64,000 bases of DNA from a candidate division WOR-3 bacterium (GTDB lineage: Bacteria > Hydrothermota > Tepidihabitantia > Tepidihabitantales > Tepidihabitantaceae). Made by a program: the position numbers and the translations under genes. The stretch spans positions 44,090 through 108,089 of the forward strand of contig CBFGIT010000009.1 of assembly GCA_965648905.1 (NCBI GenBank), in the 5' to 3' direction. Shown here in pieces: positions 20,047 to 29,810 of this stretch. The notes below the pieces were generated by a model. It saw nothing but the letters and a program-made list of their open reading frames with translations. It ran no database searches and was not told the origin of the DNA. The first letter of the stretch is position 1. Each line of letters begins with the position of its first letter.

Positions 20047-23000
20047 AGCTCACCGATTCCGCGATTCGCCGGCCGGTAACGACTGCGATGGTCGTGCTCG
20101 CCTTGGTCGTATTCGGCATCATCAGCGTCACCCGGATGCAGGTAGACTTCTACCCTGACGTCACCTTCCCGATGGTAGTTGTGGCCACGCTCTATCCCGG
20201 GGCCGGGCCGCTCGAGGTCGAATCCGAAGTCACCGACCCGATGGAAGAAAGGCTGGGCACGATTGCCGGCTTGACCGACATCACCTCCCGTTCGACCGAG
20301 AACGTCTCGGCCATCACCCTGATGTTCGACTGGGGCACGAACCTCGACGCGGCCGCGTCCGATATCCGCGACCGGCTCGACATGGTCCAGGCCTCTCTGC
20401 CGGAAGGAGCGCAGAAACCGTTTGTCTTCAAGTTCGACCCTTCGATGATGCCGGTGCTGAACATGGCGCTGTCGGGCAGCATCGACGAGGCAGAGCTGGC
20501 CGACATCGCCGAGGATGTTGCCCAGCAGCTCCAGCGTGTACCCGGAGTTGCTGCGGCCAATTTCGGCGGCCAGTTGACCAAACAGGTACACATCGAACTT
20601 GACCTGCGCGAGCTGGCAGCAAGCGGCGTCACCACCGAGCAGCTCGCCGGAGCACTCAAGGCCCAGAACCTCAACTTCCCGATCGGCTCGGTCTCTACCG
20701 AAGAGCAACGGTTCCTTATCCGTCTGGTCGGTCAGTACGACGACCTCGATGGCATCCGCAACACTGTGGTCGGCGCCCGCCGGGATGGTACGCCGGTGCT
20801 TGTCCGCCAGATCGCCGACGTCCGATGGGCACCAATGGAGCGCACGGCGATGGTCCGGATGGACGGCGCGAACGCCATCTACCTCTGGATTCAGCGCCGG
20901 CCCGATGCCAATACGATTCAGGTCTCCGACGCCTTGCAAAAGGAGATTGAACGCATTCGGCAGAACCTGCCGCCGGCGGTCGACCTGAAGGTTTTCTGGG
21001 ACAGTGCCCAGCCGGTAAGGAACTCGGTCAAGAGCGTCGCCACCAACCTTGTCCTGGGCGGCATCCTCGCCTCGCTCGTGCTGTTTCTTTTCCTGCGCCG
21101 GTTCCGGGCCACGATGTTCGTCGCGTTCGCGATTCCGGTCTCGGTCTTCTTTGCTCTGCTCGGCATGTACCTCTCCGGGTTCACTCTCAACGTTCTATCC
21201 ATGGCCGGACTGGCGATTGCGGTCGGCATGGTTGTCGACAACGGCATCGTGGTGTTTGAGAATATCTTCCGTCGTCGCGAGCACGGCGAAGAACCCTTCA
21301 GCGCGGCCAGCCAGGGGACGACGACGGTTGCGATGGCGATTACTGCTTCCACCCTGACGACGATCGCGGTCTTTCTACCCCTGTTGATGCTGCGCGGTAT
21401 CCTCCAGGTCTTTTTCAAAGAGCTGGCCTTTGCCATTATCTTCGCGCTTCTGGCTTCGCTCGGCATCGCGCTCACCCTTATCCCGATGCTTGCCAGCCGA
21501 TTCCTGAAGATGCCTGCGCCCGGCTCCCAGGAAAAGGGTCTGCGCGGGTGGAGCGAGCGTCTCTACAAGAACATCGAGAACAGCTACAGCCGCCTTATCG
21601 GCTGGGCCATCTGCCGCCGCAAACTCATCATCGTGGCGACGGTCCTGGTGCTTATCGCCAGCCTCGGCCTAATCCCGATTCTCGGCACTGAGTTCATGCC
21701 TAAACAGTTCACTCAGTTCTCAGAAATCCAGGCCGAGATGCCGGTTGGGACCAGCCTGGAGAAAACGAACGAAGCGCTTGCGCGGATTGAGCGGTATGTC
21801 GTCGACAAGTGGGGAGGTGAGCTGAACGCGGTCCTCGTCCAGGTCGGGGGTGGTTCGAGCGTGTTCTCGGCGATTTTCGGCGGCGCGCGCGCGAGCAGCG
21901 GTGAGGTCAGTATGGTGGTGAAGCGCGGGTCAAAGTATTCAGCCCTTGAAATCGAGAACGACATCCGGCAGTTCGCCAGCTCGATTCCGGGGATGAGAAT
22001 CCGGTCTCGCACCGAACCCGGGGTTGCCCGGGTGATGGGCGGCGGCGCTGCGCTCCAGGTCGAGATCATCGGCCACGACATCGAAGTCGCCGACTCGCTC
22101 ACCCGCCTGGTCATCGCTGCGGTCGAGACTCTACCCGGGGTGGTCGACGTCAAAGCAAGCCGGGAAGAAGGCGACCCGGAAATCCAGTTACTCGTGGATC
22201 GGGAGAAAGCTGCGCTCTACGGCCTGACGCCCTACCAGGTCGGCAGCGCACTCCGAACCCAACTGGAAGGCAACGTTGCCACCCGCTACCGGCTGGGCGG
22301 CAGGGAGTATGACATCATCGTCCGGCTCAGAAAAGACCAGCGCACCGAGGTCAGTGACATCCTCGCGACGTCAGTTAACAGCCCTACCGGCCCGGTGCTG
22401 CTCAAGAACTTAGTCGTCACGCGGCCGGGAACTAGCCCGCTGACCATCGAGCACAAGAACACCGAGCGCATCGTCAAGGTCGAAGGCAATGTCATCGGCC
22501 AGGCCGCGGGTCGGGTCGGCGGGCTTGCCAAACAGGCCGTATCGAAAATCGTTTCGCCGCCCGGGTTCACCATCAAGGTTGCCGGCTCGTTCGAAGACAT
22601 GATGAAGTCATTCCGTGACCTGGGCTTTGCTGCGCTGCTTGCCATTCTGCTCGTGTTCATGGTCATGGCCGCGCAGTTCGAGAGCTTCCGCGACCCGTTC
22701 GTTATCCTGTTCACGATTCCCTTTGCGCTCATCGGCGTAGTCTGGGCCCTGGCCCTTACCGGCACAACGCTCTCAATCGTCTCTGGTGTTGGCGTGCTCG
22801 TCCTGGTCGGCGTCGTCGTGAACAACGGGATTGTCTATGTCGACTATGTCAACCAGTTGCGGCGCAACCAGGGCATGGGGCTCGAAGAAGCGGTGTGCGA
22901 AGGCGGCCGAGTCCGGCTCCGGCCGATTCTGATGACCGCGTTCACGACGATTTTCGGGTTGCTGCCCCTGGCCTTGCAGATTGGCGAAGGCTCGGAGTTC

Positions 23001-23144
23001 TGGTCGCCGCTGGGCCGGGCCGTTATCGGTGGCATGGTCGTGTCGACATTCCTGACCCTGATCTTCATCCCGGTGCTCTACACCTCGTTCGAAAGAGGTG
23101 CTGAGCGCCGCCGCCAGGCCCGGGCTGGCCGAACCGTCGAATAG
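20043..23144 (+). CDS. RND efflux permease (AcrB/MdtC family)
   Basis: RRPV start, VGMVVDNGIVV, RLRPILMT; 1033 aa. Confidence 0.93.
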   Translation: MKLTDSAIRRPVTTAMVVLALVVFGIISVTRMQVDFYPDVTFPMVVVATLYPGAGPLEVESEVTDPMEERLGTIAGLTDITSRSTENVSAITLMFDWGTNLDAAASDIRDRLDMVQASLPEGAQKPFVFKFDPSMMPVLNMALSGSIDEAELADIAEDVAQQLQRVPGVAAANFGGQLTKQVHIELDLRELAASGVTTEQLAGALKAQNLNFPIGSVSTEEQRFLIRLVGQYDDLDGIRNTVVGARRDGTPVLVRQIADVRWAPMERTAMVRMDGANAIYLWIQRRPDANTIQVSDALQKEIERIRQNLPPAVDLKVFWDSAQPVRNSVKSVATNLVLGGILASLVLFLFLRRFRATMFVAFAIPVSVFFALLGMYLSGFTLNVLSMAGLAIAVGMVVDNGIVVFENIFRRREHGEEPFSAASQGTTTVAMAITASTLTTIAVFLPLLMLRGILQVFFKELAFAIIFALLASLGIALTLIPMLASRFLKMPAPGSQEKGLRGWSERLYKNIENSYSRLIGWAICRRKLIIVATVLVLIASLGLIPILGTEFMPKQFTQFSEIQAEMPVGTSLEKTNEALARIERYVVDKWGGELNAVLVQVGGGSSVFSAIFGGARASSGEVSMVVKRGSKYSALEIENDIRQFASSIPGMRIRSRTEPGVARVMGGGAALQVEIIGHDIEVADSLTRLVIAAVETLPGVVDVKASREEGDPEIQLLVDREKAALYGLTPYQVGSALRTQLEGNVATRYRLGGREYDIIVRLRKDQRTEVSDILATSVNSPTGPVLLKNLVVTRPGTSPLTIEHKNTERIVKVEGNVIGQAAGRVGGLAKQAVSKIVSPPGFTIKVAGSFEDMMKSFRDLGFAALLAILLVFMVMAAQFESFRDPFVILFTIPFALIGVVWALALTGTTLSIVSGVGVLVLVGVVVNNGIVYVDYVNQLRRNQGMGLEEAVCEGGRVRLRPILMTAFTTIFGLLPLALQIGEGSEFWSPLGRAVIGGMVVSTFLTLIFIPVLYTSFERGAERRRQARAGRTVE

Positions 23145-23160
23145 ATTCTGCTGCCTCCTC

Positions 23161-23195
23161 GCCGCCGGGGCAGGTGCTCTGCCCGCCCCGGCGGC
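23161..23195. terminator. GC-rich hairpin between convergent genes
   Basis: GCCGCCGGGGC...GCCCCGGCGGC inverted repeat. Confidence 0.55.
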
Positions 23196-23206
23196 TGCCT
23201 TTCTCG

Positions 23207-24913
23207 CTAGGCGTACGCCGGCAGCGTCAGCCTGACCCAGTCGTCGTCATGATACCCGAACAGGCTCGTCATCGTCTGGTCGGTCAGATTGCAGAGCGTG
23301 ACGCTGCCCTCGACCACCGGGTTATCACCGTAGTATGCCTTGTGCTTACCCTTCGGTGACAGGAAGTTTATCAGTTCCCGCGCCTTAGTTTCGTCGATGC
23401 TGCCGTAGGCAGCAAGGCACTGGCTGACAAGTTCGTCGTAGCGCCAGAGGATATCAGCCATCTTAGTTGTGCCGACGATATTGGTCCATTCCCTCATCGC
23501 GCAGAGTCGCATCTCGGGCACAAGCGCGTGGTTGCCGACAACAACAAGGTCCGGCCTGGCTTCGCGCTGCGGGGCAAAGAAGTAGCTCTGGTTCGGCCCG
23601 CTCTTCCAGTCCGGGTTCAGATACCCGCGCTCGCCGAACTGGGCCGGGTCATACGTGTACCCCATCTTCTGAAACAGACGCTGGTTGTACTGCTGATACT
23701 CGACCGGGTACTGCCAGTCGGTTCCGCGCACGAACAGGCCACGGCGCGAGGGCTGGAAAGGCCCGGTCGGCAAGAGCGGCCTGAGCCAGGCCGGTGGGTA
23801 AGAAAGGTAGTCCAGGTTGTCGGTCGTCATGCCGCTTTCGACAATCATCGCCCGATTGTCCTTGCCGTCAGCCAGCGGGTAAATCCATGACGCACCGCGC
23901 TGAGCCGCGACCATTGCATCAACCGCCTTGTCGGCGCCGTGGCCGGCCCCGGCTGCATGGCGCACCATCAGAAGCGAATTGAGCCCGGGCCGGAGCGGGT
24001 TGCAGTTGGCTGACGGCAGCATGTCCACACCGATGCCGACACCGGCGCGGTTCATGGCGGTCACGCTGCCGACAAACCCGGGCGCGGTCTGACTGACCAG
24101 CGGCAAAGCCGGTCGGCCGTCGTCCAGGGTGTAGCTCGGGTTGTAGACCACCAGACCGGCCGTGTCCTGGAACACTCCGGCCGCAGGAAACTGGAAGTCG
24201 CGCCCGAAGTAGCATTTCCGGTCTCGGGTCGCGTTGCCGAACGCGGCGAAAGCATTACACGCCAGGGGCACGCGAAAGAACTCCGGCTTCAAACTGGGCA
24301 AGAACGACTTGGCCAGAGGAATCAACCATTTGTACTTTGCCAGAAACGCGAACTTGCCGCCGAGCCGGTCGAGAATCGGCTCAATCCGCTCGTGCAGCCC
24401 GAGTCCGGTGTAGATTGCCGCGACCAGTGCATCCACGCCGACGTTCAGAGTCAAGAGGTTCTCATAGGTCACGGTCGTATTCGGGTCTTGCGCCTTGCAC
24501 CCGGCCACCAGTCCGAGCATCTCCTGCTTCAGCGGCTCAGGAATGTCGTTCGGGTGAGCAGCGTACACACCCTGGCACCAGACCTTGACGATGTAGAGAA
24601 GAATCTGGAACGCGAGCTGCCGGCTCAGGCCGGCAAGTTCCGGCGCGATGAACGCCGGAATGACATTGTTGACGTAGTCGACCGTCATCCGTCGCACATC
24701 CTTCTCGGCCAACAGCCCGAGCAGGTAGCCCATCTGGTATCCGCTGCCTTCGACATAGTACGCCCGCTTCGGGACGCCGGTTCGGCTGTTCCGCGCGGTC
24801 CGGTGCTCGGCAAGCATCCCCCGCATGTTCTGAAAGGTCACGGCCTGTTTGACCTCAAAGCCATCAGCGGCAAAGGCCTGGGTCAGTTGCGCCGTGGTCT
24901 TGACATTCATCAT
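23207..24913 (-). CDS. C45-family/Ntn-hydrolase-like peptidase
   Basis: GSGYQMGYLLG, EMLGLVAG, internal ACNAFAAFG nucleophile, GRDFQF, MNRAGVGI. Confidence 0.7.
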   Translation of the reverse strand: MMNVKTTAQLTQAFAADGFEVKQAVTFQNMRGMLAEHRTARNSRTGVPKRAYYVEGSGYQMGYLLGLLAEKDVRRMTVDYVNNVIPAFIAPELAGLSRQLAFQILLYIVKVWCQGVYAAHPNDIPEPLKQEMLGLVAGCKAQDPNTTVTYENLLTLNVGVDALVAAIYTGLGLHERIEPILDRLGGKFAFLAKYKWLIPLAKSFLPSLKPEFFRVPLACNAFAAFGNATRDRKCYFGRDFQFPAAGVFQDTAGLVVYNPSYTLDDGRPALPLVSQTAPGFVGSVTAMNRAGVGIGVDMLPSANCNPLRPGLNSLLMVRHAAGAGHGADKAVDAMVAAQRGASWIYPLADGKDNRAMIVESGMTTDNLDYLSYPPAWLRPLLPTGPFQPSRRGLFVRGTDWQYPVEYQQYNQRLFQKMGYTYDPAQFGERGYLNPDWKSGPNQSYFFAPQREARPDLVVVGNHALVPEMRLCAMREWTNIVGTTKMADILWRYDELVSQCLAAYGSIDETKARELINFLSPKGKHKAYYGDNPVVEGSVTLCNLTDQTMTSLFGYHDDDWVRLTLPAYA

Positions 24914-24939
24914 TCCTCCCTAAGACTGGTTTTCACGGA

Positions 24940-27120
24940 CTATCTGATTCTGACGATTCTCGTGCAGCGCTCCTGCCCGCGGGCGAGCGTGAGCCGCACA
25001 AAGTAAACACCCGGCCCAAGGCGCGAAACGTCGTTCTCACCCGACGCAAGCGTCAGCACCCGACGGCCGGAAATGTCAAGCAGAACGCCCTTCGCCTCCC
25101 GCCCTTCGCCGCTCGCATCGAGCAAGAGCACGTTACGCACGATGCCCGGCCCGATTGCCGGAGTGGGAGCAATCTCGGTTCCGGATTGGGCGAGACCGGT
25201 CACAAACTGCCAGCCAAAGCACGCGCTGTTCGTGGTTCCGGCAACAAGGAACGGGCCGCCCCGCTCGGCAAACCCGACCAGCGTAACCGAACGGCCCTCA
25301 AGACCAGAGTTCATACTGGTCCAGCTTGCGCCCCGGTCGCGCGAAATCATGACCCCAAAGTCACCACCGGTAACAACCGTGTCCTCTCCGCCCGGATAGA
25401 AAACGACCGACCTGCTGCCTGAAGTTCCGGTCAGAACTGTCCAGCTCGTGCCGCCATTGGTCGTAAGAAAGATACCGGCTCCAGTCGCGGCCAGGACCCG
25501 GTCCGGGTCGAGCGGGTGAACCGCAAGGCTCTGGACCGTGCCGCCCGGCGACCCGGCAGTGCGATTCCACGTTGCACCGAAGTCGGTCGAGCGATACACC
25601 GCGCCCGCATTCGAAACCTCGCCCCCGGCATAGATTATGCTCCGCTCGGACGGCGCAACTGCCAGAGAGTAGCAGTATCCTGACGCCGTACCGGAGAGAA
25701 CGTGTCTGGTCCAGGTTGCGCCCGAGTTGCGCGAACGCGACACCACGAACGACCAGTTGGTCTGGGTAATCGGCCCTTTGCCCCCGGTCAGGATGATATG
25801 CGCTGAATCCGGATGGACGATGCAGCAGCCGCCATCGTCGTAGTAAGAGTCTTTCTGTTCCCAGACGGCCCCGCCGTCTGTGCTCAAAAAGAGCTCGGCT
25901 GAACCTCAGCCGCGGCCCTCAAGCGCCCAGACCATATCCTCAGAAGGCCCGCGTGCCAGCCCGATGCCGCAGATATTGCCGCAGGAAAGAAAGTAGGAAC
26001 AACTCTGCCAGCTCGCGCCGGCGTCGAGCGTCCGATACACTCCTGCCCCTTCAGCCGCAACATAGACCCGGGTTCGGTCCCAGTCTGCCACGCTCATTGC
26101 CGCAATCGCCGCGGTCCGGATGCCGGAGCTGGCCTGGGCCCAGTGCTGACCGCAGTCGGTCGAGAACATCATCCCGGACGCAGTCGCACACCAGACCCCG
26201 TTGTCAAGTCCCCGGTCGGCAACAATCGCACCCAGACGTGCCGAAGGCTGAACCGGTGCAGTCGTCTGCCAGGTCAAACCGGTGTCGGTCGAATAGTAGC
26301 AGACCGGCTCAGCCTCATAGCCATAGGCATACGCCTTGGCCGGGTCAGCCGGACTGAAGTCAACGCTCATCACCGACTGGGCCGTGCCGGCTCGGTGCCA
26401 TGACTCACCGGCATCGGTCGAGCGAAACAGACCATAGATGCCGCAGCAGAGCAGCACCCGCGAATCGGCGCAGTTGGCCGCGATGCCGAACAACAAGTCG
26501 TCCGGTGACAGACCGTTCGACCGCTCGTGCCAGGTCTGTCCGGCATCAGTCGAACGGAAAACCGTGCCGTAATCGCCGGCAAGATAGATTACCCCCGAGT
26601 CAAGCGGACTCGGTGCGATACCGTAGATGCTGCCGGTATCATCCTTGACCAGCCGGCCCGACCAGGTCGCGCCGTGGTCGGTTGAGACAGCAAACCAGGG
26701 CCGGCTCATAGTGTCGTAGTACATCCCGGCCGCGTACGCGCGGCCCGGCACAAACTGGTCCCACGCCGCAGCCGACGCATAGAACGGCAGACCGACCTGA
26801 CGCCAGCTCGCGCCATGGTCGGTTGAACGCTGAATGAAAGTATTGCCGGTCGGTCCGAGAATCGTGTTCGGCAGAAAAGGGTCAATAACCAGACTCATTG
26901 CCCCATCGCGGCTCAGAAAGCCGGCCAGCGACCAGTTTGTACCGTGGTCGGTCGTGCGATAGACCCCGAACGAGTCAGTTGAGTTAACCAGACAATAGAG
27001 CGTATCTGGTCGAACCGGGTCCAGACCCAGGGCGGAAACATAACCGCCGTCCGGGCCGATTGGCTGCCATTCGGCACGAACCACGGTGAAAAGGACCAGC
27101 AGCAGAACGACTCTCTTCAT
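24940..27120 (-). CDS. secreted BNR/YCF48-like beta-propeller protein with T9SS-like tail; in-frame UGA at 25906-25908 (putative selenocysteine)
   Basis: ORFs 25906-27201 and 24940-25887 are in the same frame; the SxDxGxTW repeats continue across ...ALEGRG*GSAELFLSTDGG...; AAGGAG RBS before MKRVVLLL. Confidence 0.7.
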
Positions 27121-27177
27121 CTTTGCTCCTTTGAGGACACAACAGTCTACTGTCAAGTATCCGGTGATGTCAAACCG

Positions 27178-27438
27178 TGTGGCGCGCTGCGCGCAGGTCA
27201 AAAGTCAAACTGCAAAGTGCAAAGGTCAAAGTGTCGGACAGCCCGACATTCTGACTTCTGCATTCTGCAATCTGCCTTCTGCCTTCGCGCCGTCAGGCGC
27301 GGCAAATCCCTTTTTCATCAGGACGAGGACTGTGGCGCGCTGCGCGCGCAGGTCAAAGGTCAAGTCGTCGGACAGCCCGACATTCTGACTTCTGCATTCT
27401 GCAATCTGCCTTCTGCCTTCGCGCCGTCAGGCGCGGCA
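27178..27438. repeat. tandem REP-like hairpin repeat with heptamer arms (2 copies)
   Basis: Identical 72-bp cores at 27233-27304 and 27367-27438; GTCAAAR/TGCAAAG heptamers oppose TTCTGMH heptamers. Confidence 0.85.
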
Positions 27439-27495
27439 GAATCACTCCTGTCGTGGTCACGACTCCGGCAGCGGGCACAGCCGTCGCACGTCTTC

Positions 27496-27733
27496 ACTCA
27501 CCACTGCCGACGCAAACACTGCCGGACGCGGCTTCGGCTCCGGCCTTGTGCGCGGGAACCAGCCTGCCCCAAGGCCAGCCTTGGCGCCCGCAACTGCAAC
27601 CGGCAGGACCGATGTTACCCATCGTGCAACCACACACGCAACCACAACCGGCATCGCACCTTACTCCAGCTTCGACCCGGCAACTGCCGGCACAGCCGGC
27701 TTCTCGCCTGACTTTGGGTTCGGCAAGGGGAGC
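27496..27733 (-). repeat. Periodic intergenic element copy 3 (12-nt array)
   Basis: 19 minus-strand units from 27723 have C second in 17/19 and a purine third in 18/19; preceded by CTCCCC...CCCAA. Confidence 0.65.
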
Positions 27734-27976
27734 CACTCCCCCACTCGCCCCCAGAGCCACCCGAAAGACCCGGCGCGAAACTAGAAACTAAGCTCCAAGC
27801 CTCGCAAATGCGAAACTTATCTCCATAGGCCGTTCTCACGCAAGACATGGCCCGAGTCCACGTCGGCCTGACTCCGTTCCGCCTGCGGTCTACCCTCTCG
27901 CCTCTGCCTTGCGCGCCCTGCGCGCCGCCCTGGCGTCTCGATGGTCCATCCTCGTGCCGCTCCGCCTCAGGAACTT

Positions 27977-28119
27977 CGTGCTCTTGGTGAGCTTGGTGGT
28001 TAGGTTCCGGACAATAGAGTCGAAATGCCCGGACCGCCCCACGCTTTGATCTTCAACTTCTGCACTTTGACCTTTGCCCTTTTCCCACTTCCCGTGCTCT
28101 TGGTGAGCTTGGTGGTTAG
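27977..28119. repeat. 27-bp direct repeat made of 9-nt units
   Basis: CGTGCTCTTGGTGAGCTTGGTGGTTAG at 27977-28003 and 28093-28119. Confidence 0.8.
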
Positions 28120-28208
28120 ACCTCGGACTCTCAGAGTCTTCAGGTGATGCTTGACGAAAGACGCAGAACAGCGAAGATTAGTCTATCGTCAGGTCTCGAC
28201 TTCTCTTC

Positions 28209-29540
28209 TTGTTCGCCCTGGTCGCACTGACCAGGGCCGGGTTTCTTGCTCCGCCGTATCTTCAGAATCTCACCGACAGCTCGGTGGTTGTGCGCTGGGT
28301 AACCGCGAGCGCAGAGTCAGGCCGGGTCGATTACGGACTGACGAGCGGCTATGGTCTGAGCGTGGCTCAGCCAGGGCCGTCTCTCGACCACGAGCTTGAA
28401 CTGCCCGGGCTCGAACCGGACACGGTCTACCATTACCGTGTGCGGTCCGGGCCGGATTCAACTTCGGATGCTCTGTTCCCGAGTGCGGTGCGTGACCGGC
28501 CGGGTTTCCGCCTGCTGGTCTGTGGCGACACGCACGGTGACAGTGCCGCGAACCAGGCGGTGGTCAACCGGATGGAGCAGGTCGAACCCCGCCCCGGCCT
28601 GTTCATTCACACCGGCGATGTCAGCGCGGCCGGACAGGCGGCTCAGCTCTGCGCGTTCTTCAGACAGGAACGGAACATCCTGAACCGGACATGTCTTTTC
28701 CCGGCAATCGGCAACCACGATGCCGACAGCATGAACAACTGGTACCGTTTCTTTGCCCTGCCGGGCAACGAGCGCTACTACTCCTTTCGTTGCGGGAGTG
28801 TCTCTTGCTACATGCTGAATTCCTACGAGTCGGTCGGCCCGGGCACAAGTCAGTACGAATGGCTGCTCGCCGGGCTCAGGCAGGACAGTGCCAATCCGTC
28901 AGTCCGGCACATCATGGTCGTGCTGCACACGCCGCCCTATACGACCAACACGAGCTACTCAGGCAACGCCGAGGTCCGGCAGTACCTCTGTCCGCTGTTT
29001 GAGCGGTTCCGGGTTGCCGTCGTCTTCTGCGGTCATGTTCATGCCTACGAGCACAGCCTTGTGAACGGCGTGCACTACATCACGACCGGCGGCGGCGGTG
29101 CGTCGCTCTCGCGGAACTGGAACTCGGCCCAGCCTTACACCGTGTTTCGCGAGGCGAGCTACGGATTCGTGCTCGTGGACGTGTACGGCGACACCTTGCG
29201 CACGCGCGGGGTCAGGCTCGACGGAACCGAATACGACCCGCTGGTGATTGTCGCCGGCACGGTCGGAACAACCGAGGACTGTCCGACGTTCCGCACCGGC
29301 AGTCAACTGCGGCCAACCGGCCGGGCCGGAGTCAGGTTCAGCCTGAAAGAACCCGGGCTGGTCCGTGCCGCGCTGTTCGACGTCTCAGGCCGGAAGCGTG
29401 CTTCGACCCCGGCCCGGATGCTCGGCCCGGGTGAGCATGTGCTCACTTGGGACACAGCCCGGCTTGCGGCCGGAGTCTACGTCTGTCTGATTCAGGCCGG
29501 AGAGGAGTCCCTGACGGTGCGGCTCGCCATCGCCCGCTGA
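28209..29540 (+). CDS. secreted purple acid phosphatase-like metallophosphoesterase with FN3 and C-terminal sorting domain
   Basis: GDTH, HTGD, GNHD, GHVHAYE motifs; FDVSGR...GVY tail; start codon uncertain. Confidence 0.85.
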   Translation: MFALVALTRAGFLAPPYLQNLTDSSVVVRWVTASAESGRVDYGLTSGYGLSVAQPGPSLDHELELPGLEPDTVYHYRVRSGPDSTSDALFPSAVRDRPGFRLLVCGDTHGDSAANQAVVNRMEQVEPRPGLFIHTGDVSAAGQAAQLCAFFRQERNILNRTCLFPAIGNHDADSMNNWYRFFALPGNERYYSFRCGSVSCYMLNSYESVGPGTSQYEWLLAGLRQDSANPSVRHIMVVLHTPPYTTNTSYSGNAEVRQYLCPLFERFRVAVVFCGHVHAYEHSLVNGVHYITTGGGGASLSRNWNSAQPYTVFREASYGFVLVDVYGDTLRTRGVRLDGTEYDPLVIVAGTVGTTEDCPTFRTGSQLRPTGRAGVRFSLKEPGLVRAALFDVSGRKRASTPARMLGPGEHVLTWDTARLAAGVYVCLIQAGEESLTVRLAIAR

Positions 29541-29810
29541 CCAGCGGGGTTCGAGTCCAAGAGCCGGCGCCACGCCGACCAGCCGAAACCGTTCCGAATT
29601 CAAGAAAGAAGGCCGCGATGCGACACACGGCCGGGTGTTGCTAGTATGCAGGTCAACTTGGCGCCTTGGGTCCGGCACCCGGGGCGCCGCTGTCGACCCG
29701 GCAGAACGTAATACGCTCGCGGCTGGGGGGACAGCGCCGAATGCGCAAGGCACGGCGAGGGAAACTGCCGGAAACAAAGTTCTCTGAGACCGACAGAGAG
29801 GAGTGGCCGC

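Noticed and set aside
19566..20939. Long antisense ORFs (also 33730-35055, 50916-51986, 57343-58302)
   Set aside because: Shadow frames of well-supported genes in high-GC DNA.
29543..29572. GGGGTTCGAGTCC...GCGCCA resembling a tRNA 3' end or att site
   Set aside because: The T-stem does not pair fully and there is no cloverleaf upstream, which is coding sequence.
29650..29810. Possible riboswitch in the long leader of the giant surface protein
   Set aside because: Hairpins are present but I could not match a known riboswitch consensus.
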